A model generated the notes under the pieces. It searched no databases. It was not told the DNA's origin and saw only the letters and a list, made by a program, of their open reading frames with translations. Shown in pieces: positions 24,786-38,500 of a stretch of 64,000 nucleotides of DNA (the first letter of the stretch is position 1; every line of letters begins with the position of its first letter). The position numbers and the translations under genes are program-made. The DNA is from Thalia democratica (Eukaryota), in the NCBI GenBank assembly GCA_965202585.1, contig OZ241830.1:23374001-23438000 (forward strand), given 5' to 3'.

Positions 24786-25840
24786 GTGTGTATAACTAAA
24801 TTTCAATATTTAGCTTATAAGCTTAATTAAAGACATACCACACCCAAGTTTATTTCCCTAAACTAGTAATTACATTAAAAAAAATTTTTTTTATTGCTTA
24901 AAATAATCAAGTTTTTATTATCAGTTTATTTTAAGACTAATGTCATACCTTTTAAAAACCTATGTTTTATAGAAATGATTTTTCTATCGATTAAACTTAG
25001 ACATGTTTTTTTAATTAAGAAAATTTGTTCATAATAAAGTTATGTACTAGATTTGAATATGTATTACTTTACGTATACTATTTTTTTTCTAGACAAGTGT
25101 TTTTGTTGATGTGCAAAGCATCAAAAAACATAAAGTAGTTTTAATAAACAGTTTAAATTCAATTGTTCAGTTCATTAACCTACAATGACCTAAAATTATT
25201 AAAGTTTAACGATTTTTCAAGCTTGTGAAAGTTTGTAATTAACATAATGTTAATAAAAAACATTGAAGTTGTTTAACTTCTGTGTCTACCAATAAACAAG
25301 TGTTTTCGCATTTTAGCGTTCTTTTAACGTTTAATCACACATTTCTTATCAATATGAATTTTAAAAATTTCCTTATATACATCTAAGACTTATATCAACT
25401 TTAGAATATCTAGTGTAAGTTTTAAAACTACCCTTAAATACACTCAAGTTGTTTATTATTTTTTTTTTGCTCTTTACCGTTAACTTTAAGATATCTTGTT
25501 AAAATTTTAAGTTATGACTTTACAGCCCCACTATTGTTCCTTTACTACTCACGACCCTTTTTTGGCATTTTTGCAGCTTATGGCCCACTAAATTTCTGAA
25601 ATGGTACCTATAGGGGTGGTCTGGCCCATTTTAGGAAACCTTGATTTAAATGAGAAAAAACACTGTTATAATGCTAATCAGTCTTTTTCTAATTTTTCAG
25701 CCTAAACAGTAAAATTCATTAACGCTATGTACGAAAAAAAAATAAATGCTATACAGGAACTAAAAATGAAACCAATTAATTTACAGCAAAAGGTCAAAAA
25801 AAAAAACATCATGTTAAAATCAAGTTATAATAAAGTTTCG

Positions 25841-25965
25841 TTCAGCGGGCCACATTTCCATGCTCGCGGGTCGCAGGTTTTTATTTCATGGGTCACATTC
25901 AATCTAAAAAAAAAACGTGCTCGCGGACTGCAGTTAGCCCGCGTAACGCAGTTTTCTAACCCTTG
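25841..25965. mobile_element. hAT-type MITE fragment (3' terminal portion)
   Basis: GCGGGCCACAT ... GCCCGCG..ACGCAGTTTTCTAACCCTTG resembles the GC-rich termini of hAT non-autonomous elements. A second similar end, TTAGGAAACCTTG, lies at ~25630-25643. Confidence 0.45.
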
Positions 25966-27049
25966 CACTAAGCTATTCCAGAGCCGAGCCTTGATAGATT
26001 TATGCTGCAACATTTTCTTTGTAATATTTTTATTTTGCTAAGTAGACTACTCTTCCTACAAATTTAAAGACATGAAAGTTTTAGATTGAAAATGAGCAAG
26101 TTAGAACTTTCCGCATGCGAGGTAGAAATGATAATAAGCCAAAAAGTGTTTACACCAAAAAGTTAGATGTCTTTTTACTTTGATATTTATCTTAAACTTT
26201 CTTAACTGCTAATGTTTTCAGTTCTTTTTTATTAGGGATTGTTTTCAGATTATTAATGGCTTAAAAGATATTAAATAGTTTAAGTTTTTCTTTATCACTA
26301 TGATGCAAAATTTTGTAATACTAACATTGATGTTTTTTTAATCAATGCTATTAAGTTAATACTTTTGTATGTAAAATTGAACGAAACAAGGATACCAATC
26401 CTTGAAGCAAACATATAGAAATTACACAAGTTATTTTTTGTTTCATTTCATTTGTATAATGAAGTTTCTTTCGCATGTGGCCCGGGGGAAGCACTTTGGT
26501 GATTTCTGTAGTATAAACGAAGATTATTTATTTAGATAAAGCTAACGTCAAGCTTAAGGTAAATCTTAACTACAATCTGAATACTAAAGTAAATCTTCAT
26601 CATTAATACATTTAAGCTGATGTCTTACTAGAAATAATTTTTCAATAAATGGTATCTTAAGGAGAAACGAAACATTTAAACTGACTGCCGATAAGGTTTT
26701 TGAAAACACTTTAAGTATTTGAAGTTTTTAAACAATAAGTCTTCGTAAATAACAAAAATATTTTATAGCTTGTGACAACAAATTAAATTTCAAAATCTAT
26801 TTACTATATGATTCCTATGATTTATATTTAACCATTGACCTTAGTAACTTCTTAAATTCTCTTTTAGTAAACCGTAGTCAAAATTAATCGTACAGTAAAG
26901 ATAACTCATAATGCAAAAACCCAATTTATCAATTCCACACCATAAACACTAATTCGTTTCATAAAGGAAAATTAATTGTAAAATGTGTGTTAGCGTTATT
27001 ATCATATAACTTCATGTTTTAATTTTGTGCGCAAATTAGAAATTTATAT

Positions 27050-27210
27050 GCTTCTGTTTTAAATTTTGAATATCAAGAAAATCACCAAACAAAGGAAGTA
27101 ATACAAACCGATTGTTTTTTAATCGGTTTGTATATGAAAAAAAAAATCTATAAAAAAGAGATAAACTTTTTAAGTAGCGCCGAAGTCTCCTCATATAATT
27201 TAAATGCAAC
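27050..27210 (+). promoter_or_regulatory. Conserved proximal upstream region of Ly6 copy 3
   Basis: GGAAGTAATACAAA.CGATT, TTAAGTAGCGCCGAA and TGCAAC-ATG match copies 1 and 2, but are more diverged. Confidence 0.5.
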
Positions 27211-27648
27211 ATGAGATTTTCACTAACTCTCATATTTTGTTCGAGCTACTTGTTTGTTAATTGTGTCGGTTTAAAGTGCGTTGAGTTCAGAGATGTAGAT
27301 ATTTCCCCATCAAATGTAACCATTGAAGAATGCGAACCGGAATTCTCGGACTTTTGTGCAACTGCTACAATTGTAAACGGTGCAGTTCCATACTTCACGT
27401 GTGGGGATCAAGAGTTTTGTACATCAAAAGGTTGCAGGGATTCTATGTACTGTACGAAACCAGGAACCTACGAACATGGCTATCAAGGATTGAGTAACGT
27501 GAAATTCACAATCACTTGTTGCGACACAGACTTGTGCAACTTTGAAAATAGCTTAAGTTCAACCAAAGTAATAAACAAAATTAGTTTAAACTCTTTGTTT
27601 TACATTAGTGCTTTATTGTATTTGTCTTTTACTAGTTTTCAAACTTAG
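27211..27648 (+). CDS. Ly6/uPAR three-finger protein, predicted GPI-anchored, copy 3, 145 aa, intronless
   Basis: Signal peptide, LKCVE, 10 Cys, CCDTDLCN, Ser-rich omega region, hydrophobic tail; AATAAA at 27689. Confidence 0.95.
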   Translation: MRFSLTLIFCSSYLFVNCVGLKCVEFRDVDISPSNVTIEECEPEFSDFCATATIVNGAVPYFTCGDQEFCTSKGCRDSMYCTKPGTYEHGYQGLSNVKFTITCCDTDLCNFENSLSSTKVINKISLNSLFYISALLYLSFTSFQT

Positions 27649-30277
27649 TTTTATTTTATACTGGTCCGTTTAAATTTATTTAAATAACAATAAAGTTTTA
27701 AGTTTGACTTAAAGCAAACATTTAATAACACAGCGTTTTTTGATAGTTGCACTTTTTTAATAGTATAAGCATGTAAAGAGACTATTATTTTCTTACGCTT
27801 TTCGACGTTTAAGTAAAGAAAATATTTTAAAAGTAGTAAAAAGTTATAAAAGCTCGTTTTACTTTATTAGCTACGCACTAGTTTGTATAATAAAGTTGTA
27901 TATACTTTGTAACTGTATACATGTTTATTTAGATCTAGAAAAGCTAACATAGTTAACAATTTCGATCTTTTTTGACTAATTTAAGCCATAATTAAGCGAG
28001 AAAATTTATTTGATTTTAAATCTTGTCGTTTGAATCGTATAGTATAGTATCACAAACGATTTTAATTAAGATAGGTTATTGCACTATGCTTGTTTCTAAA
28101 TTTTTCAAGTATTTTGAACATCATTTAAAATACTTCGACAAAAACTAGTTTAAATGTAAATGAAATATTTTCAACTAAAGTATTTTTTGGGTCATAATTA
28201 TTTTTTGCAATAAATAAACAAACTCAGTTTTAACTATGTGACTTGTTTAACTGGTAATCAAAAGTGTAGACCCTTCTTTATAAAATATTTTATATAACTT
28301 GTACCAATGTTTCGATATGTTTCATCAATTCAAATTCAAAAATAAATTATAACTTTTCAATTTATATAGCTTTTTAATTGTTTTTGTTGTAACTTCTAAA
28401 AACAAATAGACAGTTTCTAGTTTTCCTTTATTTTCAAATAGTGTGTTGTTACTTTTTTTTGTATAAAGTTTTGTTTACAGTATTGTATTTTCAAAACTTA
28501 ATCAAGTTAATAACTAAAAATTATATTAAAAACTAGTAATATATTTATACATAAGTTAGTATTTAGTAATAAATTTGTGTATATTTAACATTTTAACCGT
28601 ATATCTTGTAAGCATGTAAGCATATTTTTAAAAGTTTGATATATAGTTTTTTTATTATAATTAGTGATTTAGTAAGTTACAAAGATAAAGCATTATGGTA
28701 ATTATTCTGATGGTGTTAATTAAAAACAAAAAGTATAATTAGTTGCAGATAGTACAAAATTATTTGATTTTAAATTTTAGGTAGTGTTTGTTATTTAAAA
28801 ATTACTACAGCATTCTACTCACTTTTTAAACATGATTATGCAAACAAAAACTAAGGTTTAATTTTTCGTTCAAATGTAGAAATATGTACTATACTTTAAA
28901 CTATTTAGGGACAAAAGTATGTTATATATCATTAATGCAAAATATCAACTGCAACTTATGTAAAAAATTTATATTTCAGTCAACTTCAAGTTTTTCATGA
29001 TACTTCAAAAGTGCATTTAAATCAGAAAAAAAAATTATGATACTTTACTCTTGTGCATTAAATTTATTTAGAGAATATTAGTTGTAAATTCTTTGTCTGG
29101 CTAAACCAAAGTTTTATTTTAACTGTCAGGGGAAAATTACTGTTAAACTACTTAGAGGATAAATACGGCTTATTAAAGGGAATAAGCACCATTATTATTG
29201 AATGAGCCATATTTCATTGTTTTTTTTTAATATAACGGACTATTGCTTAGAATCGATTGTTTGGTTTTATTACAATTGACAATCAATATGAAGGTTTTAA
29301 AAGCATTTGCTAAAATTAGTTAACGAGCTTTAAAATTAGTGAAAATTTTTAATAAATTGACTTGTAAAAAAACTATAGTTATTACAGCATAACCAGAGCT
29401 TTAATCATTAATTTTCAAGAACTCGTAGTACCAAAAGTGTTTTTTTACTTTATATAACAATTTACTTGCCACTCTTCGTTTTTAATTTTCTCAGCCTGCT
29501 ATAAAAAATGTATAAAATGTTTTGAACTTACCAAGTCTAACATTTACCCTCGAGTTTTTATGTTTTTTTAAGTCATAGTCTAAGACCGTAAAGTACTCTT
29601 GTAAATATACACATTTACTTATCACTTATTATATAAAGCAGATCATAAAAATTAGAATTAGAATTTAACTTTTGTATTTAGTTGCCGTTTGAGACTAATT
29701 AAGACATTTTAAAAAATAAATGAAGCTTGTTTCAATAAATTTTGTAAATATTCAACTTTATTCTACATAGCAAAAACTAAAAGCTTTAAAAAAAAATTAA
29801 TACACTCAACATCATATTATAAAATAACTCATATTGTGCAACATGTCCTATTTTTTATTTAGTGGTACTAAATTAATAACACAGTTAAGTAAGATCTGTT
29901 TAGAAAAATATAGTTTCACTAAGTTAAGGCTCAGCCATGGCTTCGCCAAAAATAATAAATACTAACTGTTCTTTTTATTGTTGACTTTTTTTAAAATTAA
30001 TAAAAACAACATTGTATCTAGTAACTAGAGTGTTTACTTCAAAAATGGGTTTAACAAAGCCCTTTAACCAACATTACCATAACAAGATTATTGTAGACAT
30101 AAATTAACAATTACAAATCACAATAAACTTTTCATTTTAATTAAGTTAAGTTATATGAGGTATTTCCGGTTTTTATGCGACATTTTAAACCACTAAATCG
30201 ACTAAATTGACTAAATTTAATATTTACTTTTAGTGGTTTTTATGAACTTGTTTATATAAAAAAAAACCTTAACATTT

Positions 30278-30513
30278 AAAACATTAATGTCGATCTGTAT
30301 ATATAGACAAATATTAAAAAACAATTTTTATGAGTTTTTAAATGATTGCTTAATACATAAGTATATATAGAGTTGGTGTGACAAAAAGTATTTATACTTT
30401 TAATTTAAAAAATACAACTCTATATATACTTATGTATTAATCAATCCTTTAAAAACTCATAAAAATTGTATTTTAATATTTGTCTATATATACAGATCGA
30501 CATTAAATGTTTT
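30278..30513. mobile_element. Foldback/MITE-like element with ~95-bp inverted arms
   Basis: 30278-30375 is the near-perfect reverse complement of 30415-30513, around a ~40-bp spacer. TTAA occurs at 30284-30287 and 30503-30506, flanking TGTCGATC...GATCGACA. Confidence 0.85.
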
Positions 30514-32537
30514 ATTAATATCTTAGAATAAAAACTATAGTTTTTAGTGAACCCTTTGTATAAGTTTCATTAAAAAATAATACATTAAGTTATGTTTTAA
30601 ATAGAATTTGATTAAACCTTTTAACTGTGTTGAATACGTTTTAAAGTGTAGAAAATTTTCAGAAAGTTCTGTTTTGATAAAACTTATAACTGATTCATAA
30701 AAGAAAAGCTCTTTAAAAAATAGCTCTTATAACAATCAGCAACGAAAAGGTTACTATTATGTAATTATAAATCTAAAAGAAAACGATAAATAAAAAGAAA
30801 AAAAAGAGTTTAAATATCTTTTTGTAAATAATTTTGTTTCAAAAGAGTAGTAATATTTAAACTTAAAACAATCAAACTAAATACTTTTTTTTAAGACTAC
30901 ATTTTTCTACTATCTATTTAAAAGTTAAGCATCAAACTTTATTTGTAAAAGTTTAATTAGTTTTATAAAGTTGAGTACTGTAAACCTTAGAATTTAATTA
31001 AAACAAATTTAAGCCATTTATCAGAAAACTTAAACAACTTTTAACATGTTGATTTAACTTTGATATCGGTAATCGCATTTATATTGCAAAGATAAATATC
31101 AACATTACTTAAAATCATATATCCTGTTTGGTAAGTCTTTCAAAGTCAGATTAACAAAATTTAAAAGTTGTTAAATATTGCTTCGCACGCTTACATTAAT
31201 GTGCGGTTAAAAAAAGACTTTAATTATATTCATAGGTGTTAGATTTATTTGTTTTGTTTTTTATTAAAAATTTTCTTAGCCTTTTCAAAGACTTTTAAAG
31301 GATATTGAGATTTCAAACTGACATAATAAATTAAAATCGAGTAAAACTTAAAGTCAACAAGCTTAGATGTAAAAAGAATAGTTTGAAAAGGGTGACTGTT
31401 ATGTTTAAAAAGAATGTTATTTTACAGAAAGTTAAATTAAAAAACATAAAAAGAATTAATGAACTTTTTTACTTGCAAAACTTTTTGAAGTACTAACTTT
31501 CATTTAATTAAAACTGGTCAATTAAAGTATATTTCTAACGCGCGATAAAGCAGTTTCTGTAATTACCAGCCTTAGTACTTAAACAGAGTGTGCCATTGAA
31601 GGTTAAAATTGTTCTACAAGTTACCATTGTAGTTAATATGTAAGTTCAAAAATGGGTATTAAAACTAAAGTAAAACAAATATTTTATACTTTAAAACATG
31701 TTTTCTAATATGTAGTTAACTTTATTAAAGGTTTTAATTCATACACTTAAATTTTGCACTAACGTACTGCCATACAAAATAATATTTTAAAATTTAAAAT
31801 TATAGCAATCATGATAGAGAGTAAAGAGGTTTTAAACTACAGTTTTTCATAACTTAGCTGCTTTTATATTAGGCCGTAACTATTACACACCGTGCAGAAA
31901 TCACAATTGCATATTTAAGTTTAAAGCAGCACATTATGAAATTTAGTTTGGATTTTTCAGGTAATTAAAAATTTGCTTTCAATACTTACTATTAGATATG
32001 GGTGATAGCTTAATATAAATTAGCTAAAATATTTCTACCAAAGATTTATTTCAAAACCTACTTTCAATTTTTGAATATCATGTTTTTTTGAGTAACAAAA
32101 TTGTCATAAAAAGTTTCAAGGACTAAAAGTTAATTAGTAAAACTTGTTTTTGCCTGATGATGTCTTTTTTTTTATTAAAAAAAAAAATTTCTTTAAAATT
32201 CTTTTGTTTTTAACCTTTAATATAAAAACTTACTTAATACTTTTTGCTTTCGTCAAATTTAATTTTTAATTATTCCTCAAAATGTTTAACGAAAAAAAGT
32301 ATGTACATATTATTTCACTAAACAGGTCTACTTCTAAATTGCTAATATAAATTTCCAATTTCTAATGTATAAATAATACTCGACCAGTTGTTTTAGTTAC
32401 AGTTTATTCAAAATTCAAACACGTTAAAAATTAATGAAAAGCAAACACAAGTAATAAATTTTCGCAGTTTAAGTTGCTAGAAAACAGAAATTAAAAAAAA
32501 AATTTGCACTATTTCAATTTCACCATGCTAACGCACA

Positions 32538-32584
32538 CTAAGCCTCTCTCCATCTTCCTAGGTAGCTTCTCAACCCGCCGTAAC
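32538..32584 (-). CDS. Last coding exon of the TSR gene (SYGGLRSYLGRWREA*)
   Basis: TTTTTGCAG acceptor, phase 1, GC-richer than its flanks, TAG at 32540-32538. Confidence 0.8.
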
Positions 32585-35500
32585 CTGCAAAAATGGCTTT
32601 GTTTAGTTTAACGCTTGTTATTTTCCAATCGTAGTAAACGTTTTTTTTATAGTTACGTACTTGTGTTACAGTTTTTTAGCTTTAAAATTGCAATACAAAT
32701 TAAACTTTGTCATTAATTTTATAAGTTTTTTATTACTAGTTAGTATTTTTCTAAGATATAAGTAATTTTTGACTTGTATATTTTATTCTAACTGAAATTG
32801 ATTTTTATATTTTTATATTTTATAATACTATTATACAAACTAACAGGCTACTCTGTCAAAAAACTTTTTGTTGATCTACGTACTTTTGTCAATTGAATAA
32901 TTTCCAAGACGGCTTAAGGCCTTGAGTTTGAAGACTTTTAAAAGTTATATTTACATTTTTTTGTTGAATATATCTAAAAACGTATATCTTCTATTTATAA
33001 GAAATCTTTTAAAAGCAGGGTTTCTAAACGTGGGCGATATTCTCTATCGGGGCTGACAACTATTACAACTAATAAGGGGCAGTAAATTAAATGGGTGAAC
33101 TAAGTCAAAAGGCAATATGTGTTAAAAACGCGTGATTATTTTCCAGTTTCTGCCAAGCGGGCAATTATGAAAACGATTTTTAGAAATCCTGTTTTAGAAA
33201 CCGCCCTAAGTCAAAAACTCTAGTACACAAAAAAGCTAACTTTGTACGCAGGTGGCCTTGACTTCTGTGAACATGCCGTTGCCCTGGCAGGTGATGACGT
33301 TGAAGCCGGACATCTCGTAGCCGAAGCCGCAGTTGAGCACAAGGGAATCCCCTTGGGTGAAAACCCTGTTCTCGGGGCTGACCATGTTCAGCGAGCGCAA
33401 GTCAGGAATCTGGCAGGTGACTGTGAAAAAAAAAAAAAATTGTGTTTCAATTTTTTTTTTATTTGACTATGATGTTTTCTTATTGCTATAAATGTTTATA
33501 AATGTATTCAAAAACTTTGTATACCTAATTTTTTGCGTCTCACCAAAATTTGGTGAGTTTTTATAAAAAACGTTAACAATAAAGTTGTTTGATAATTTTA
33601 ACCTACCTAAGTTTTCGTCAAACTTTTGAAGTTTTAAAAGCTTGAGTACAGTAAGAAAGTATTACATCCTGATTTAAAGCTAGTATATATGTTTTTACAA
33701 AATGTTTTCCTTGAGTTTTACTTTAAAACAAACCTAACACATCTCGAAAAATTTTCAACAAAGACACGAACTTTACTTGCTTGCAAATAGTTTATAAATA
33801 TTAATTAATATAAGATCAAGTCGTTTATTTTTGCTTAACGCTAACCTTCTGTTCTGCAAGCGACGCCGGTGTCGCATGGCACCTTCCTGACGAGCTCCTG
33901 CATGCACATTCCCTCCAGGCACGCCCTCCTCTGTATCCTCTCACCGACTCCGCAGGTCACACTGCAGCTTTCCATGGTCCACTCCCCGTACACGGCAGCT
34001 CTCATGCACTCCCTCACCTGGCATGGCACCGTCCTCGTCATCGGCTCGGTGCAAGCTCCCTGCATGCACATCCTCTGGTCAATGCGCATGCCCTCGCCGC
34101 ACGTTGCGCTGCAAGTTCCCACTACCCACTCGCTCATGACGACCTGCACCTGGCAAGCCCTCCCGCTGTCGCACGGTTGGGTTCTTACCAGGGACTCGGT
34201 GCACGTTCCGGAGACGCACACCCTCCTGTCGGTCCTGGTGCCGCTTCCGCACGAGGCGCTGCAAGTTCCGAGGAGCCACTCGCTGTAGGTGGTGCAGTAC
34301 TCGGTCGCCTGGCAAGGGGTGGACCTGGCCAAGTCTTCGGTGCAAATGCCGGCCAAGCAAGCCCTCTGGTCGACTCTGACTCCGGCGCCGCAGGTGGCGC
34401 TGCAAGTTCCGATGACCCAGTCTCCGTACCTGACGCACTCGACACCGCTGTTGCAAGGCAGTGATCTAGTGAGGTCTTCGGTGCACATGCCGGCGAGGCA
34501 AGCCCTCTGGTCGACCCTCATTCCAGTTCCGCACGACGCGCTGCATTCTCCAATTACCCACTCGCCGTACACGACGCAGGTGACGCCGCTGTCGCAAGGA
34601 ATCGACCTCTGGAGGCTCTCCATGCAGTTTCCTTGCATGCACCTTCTGGTGTCGACCCTGACTCCCGATCCGCAAGTGGCGCTGCACGAACCGACGACCC
34701 ACGGGCCGTAGACGACACATTGCACGCCGCTGTCGCAAGGAGACGATCTCATGAGGTCTTCGGTGCACACTCCTGACAGGCACTGTCTGCTGTCGACCCT
34801 GACACCGGTTCCGCAAGTCGCGCTGCAAGATCCCATCACCCAGTTTCCGTACTCGACGCACTCGACACCGCTGTTGCACGGGCTAGTTCTCACGAGGTCT
34901 TCAGTGCAGAAACCTTGCAAGCACTGCCTCCTGTCGACCCTCATTCCGGTTCCACAAGTTGCGCTGCAAGCACCAATCATCCACTCTCCGTAGACGATGC
35001 AGGTGACGCCGCTGTCGCAGTCTCTAGTTCTGACCAACGGTTCGGTGCAAGTTCCCGCAACGCACTGCCTGCGGTCGACTCTTTGTCCGGCGCCGCAAGT
35101 AGCGCTGCAAGATCCGATCATCCAATCGCTGTAGACGGTGCAGACAACTCCGCTTTCGCAAGGTACAGCCCTTTCGAGAGCTTCAGTGCAGACACCGGCA
35201 AGGCACACTCTGGTGTCGACCCTGGTTCCCGAGCCGCACGAAGCGTCGCAGGTTCCGATCATCCACTCGCCGTAGACGACGCAAACCCTTCCGCTGTTGC
35301 ATGGAACCGACCTTTGCAAGGCTTCGGTACACCTTCCTTGTACGCACGTTCTAGTGTCCATGCGCAGCCCTTGACCGCAAGTAGCGCTGCATGATCCGAT
35401 AGTCCATCTGCTGTACACCACGCACTCGTCGTTGACGCAAGGTACTGATCTCATAAGGTCTTCGGTGCAAGTTCCCTGCAAGCAGAGTCTTCTGTCCATT

Positions 35501-38500
35501 CTTGTTCCTTCGCCACAAGTGACGCTGCAAGATCCGATCATCCAGTCGGAGTAGACCGGGCAGAGCTCTGCCTCGCAAGAGCTCATTCTGATGAGGTCGT
35601 CGGTGCAAAAACCTTGAACACATGTTCTTGTGTCGGTTCGGACTCCGGAACCGCAAGTAGCACTGCATGCTCCAATGGTCCAATCGCTGTAGACAACACA
35701 GACTGGTCCTTCACAAGGAGAAGATCTCATAAGGTCTTCAGTGCACGTACCAGCAAGACATTGTCTTGTATCAACTCTTACTCCAGTTCCGCAAGTAGCG
35801 CTGCAAGATCCAATAACCCATTGACCGTAGACAACACAAGCGGGTCGTTCACAAGGGCTTTGTCTTTCAAGAGCTTCAGTGCAAACACCAGCCAAGCACA
35901 TTCTTCTGTCAACTTGTACTCCTGCACCGCAAGTAGCACTACATGATCCAATCATCCATTGGCCGTAGACTACACATTCTACACCTGAGTCACAAGGATT
36001 AGTTCTCATGAGGTCTTCAGTACACCTACCAGAAAGACACCTTCTTCTTTCAACTATTACCCCAGTTCCGCAAGTAGCGCTACATGTTCCGACAACCCAT
36101 TCACTGTAGACGATGCAAGCGGGTCGTTCACAAGGGCTTGTTCTTTCAAGAGCTTCAGTACAGACACCAGCCAGGCACATTCTTCTGTCAACTTGTACTC
36201 CTGCACCGCAACTAACACTACATGTTCCAATCATCCATTGTCCGTAGACTACACATTCTACACCTGAGTCACAAGGACTAGTTCTCATGAGGTCTTCAGT
36301 GCACGTACCAGAAAGACACCTTCTTCTTTCAACTATTACCCCAGTTCCGCAAGTAGCGCTACATGTTCCGACAACCCATTCACTGTAGACAATGCAAGCG
36401 GGTCGTTGACAAGGGCTTGTTCTTTCAAGAGCTTCAGTACAGACACCAGCCAGGCACATTCTTCTGTCAACTTGAACTCCTGCACCGCAACTAACACTAC
36501 ATGTTCCAATCATCCATTCGCCGTAGACTGTACATACTACCCCGGAATCACAAGGAGATGTTCTAAAGAGATCTTCAGTGCAGACACCGGAAAGACATTT
36601 TCTACTATCCCGTCTAAAACCTGTTCCACAGGAAGCAGAACATACTCCTATTTCCCATTGGCTGTACACTACACATTCGGGACCGTCGCAAGGAATTGAT
36701 CTTTCAAGAGCTTCAGTACAGACACCAGCCAAGCACATTCTTCTGTCGACTCTCACTCCTGCACCGCAACTGACACTACATGTTCCAATCATCCAATCGC
36801 CGTAGACTGTACATACTACCCCGGAATCACAAGGAGATGTTCTAAAGAGATCTTCAGTGCAGACACCGGAAAGACATTTTCTACTATCCCGTCTAAAACC
36901 TGTTCCACAGGAAGCAGAACATACTCCTATTTCCCATTCGCTGTACACTACACATGCGGGACTATCGCAAGAAATTGATCTTTCAAGAGCTTCAGTACAT
37001 ACACCAGCTAAGCACATTCTTCTGTCGACTCTTATTCCTGCACCACAAGTGGAACTACACGTTCCAATCATCCATTCGCCGTAGACTGTACATACTACCC
37101 CAGAATCACAAGGAGATGTTCTAAAGAGATCTTCAGTACAGACACCGGAAACACATCTTCTTGTATCAAGTCTCATTCCTGTTCCGCATGAAGCGCTACA
37201 TTTTCCCATTGTCCAATCGCTGTACACTACACAAGCAGGAGCTTCACAAGGGCTTTGTCTTTCCAGAGCTTCAGTACAAACACCAGCTAAGCACATTCTT
37301 CTGTCGACTCTTATTCCTGCCCCACAAGTTGCACTACATGTTCCTATCATCCATTGACCGTAAACTACACATTCTACACCAGAATCACAAGGAGCTGATC
37401 TAGTAAGATCTTCTGTACAGAAACCAGAAAGACATCTTCTTGTATCAAGTCTCATTCCTGTTCCGCATGAAGCACTACACTCTCCTAGTGTCCATTGGCT
37501 GTACACTACACAAGCTGGTTGATCACAAGGCACTGCTCTTGACAAGTCCTCAGTGCAGAATCCTGACAAACACTCTCTCGAATCGTATCTCAAACCGGAG
37601 CCGCAGGTGACACTACACATGCCGATCACCCAGTCGCTGTACTTCACACAGTCTCTCCTGTTGCACGATGAAGTTCTCTCGAGAGGTTCCGTGCACACAC
37701 CCGCAAGGCAGGCCCTTGTGTCCATCCTCAAACCGTCTCCGCAGGTGGCACTGCACATGCCGATTACCCACTCGCCGTAAACTGTGCACTCGCGTCCGCC
37801 GCAAGGGGTAATTCTTTCCAAAGAATCGGTGCAAGCGCCGGCCAAGCACATCCTGGTGTCGACTCTCTGACCTTCGCCGCAGGTTACGCTGCAAGCTCCG
37901 ATCATCCACGCGCTGTAGACGACGCATGGGGGAGTCGTGCAAGATACGGTTCTCATCAAGTTCTCTGTGCATTTTCCTTGCAGGCAGGATCTGAAATCGA
38001 CTCTGATGCCTTCGCCGCATGTGACGCCGCACGAACCGATCTCCCACTCGCCGTAAACAGTGCAAGGTTCGGCCGCGCAAGGTTCTTCTCTCCTAAGAGA
38101 TTCGGTGCAGAAACCAGAAAGGCACTCTCTGGTGTCGACTCTCACGCCTGATCCGCAAGAGGCACTACAGGTGCCGATCTTCCACTTGCTGTAGTTGACG
38201 CAGGTCATCTGTTGCTCGCAAGGAACGGTTTTCTGAAGGGGCTCGGTGCAAGTGCCTGACAAGCACTCTCTCGTGTCGACTCTTGTGCTGCCGCTGCAGC
38301 TCTTTATGCAAGGTCCTTCAACCCATGGGCCGTACACGACGCAAGCAACTTCGTAGCAGGGCGTCGATCTTTCCATGGCTCCAGTGCAAGCTCCCTGAAT
38401 GCAAGATCTCATGTCGACCCTGACTCCCTCGCCGCAAGTGACACTGCACCTTCCAACGACCCAGTCGCTCACTACGGGGCAAGGCACCGATGTGCACGCC

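Noticed and set aside
26093-26715. Exon-like fragments (MSKLELSACEVEMIISQKVFTPK; GILRRNETFKLTADKVFENTL)
   Set aside because: Could not be joined into a stop-free model; no family recognised.
25727-27233. ORFs 25727..26041, 25825..26013 and 27036..27233
   Set aside because: Arise from a MITE fragment and from the antisense of the Ly6 copy 3 promoter; no protein-like features.
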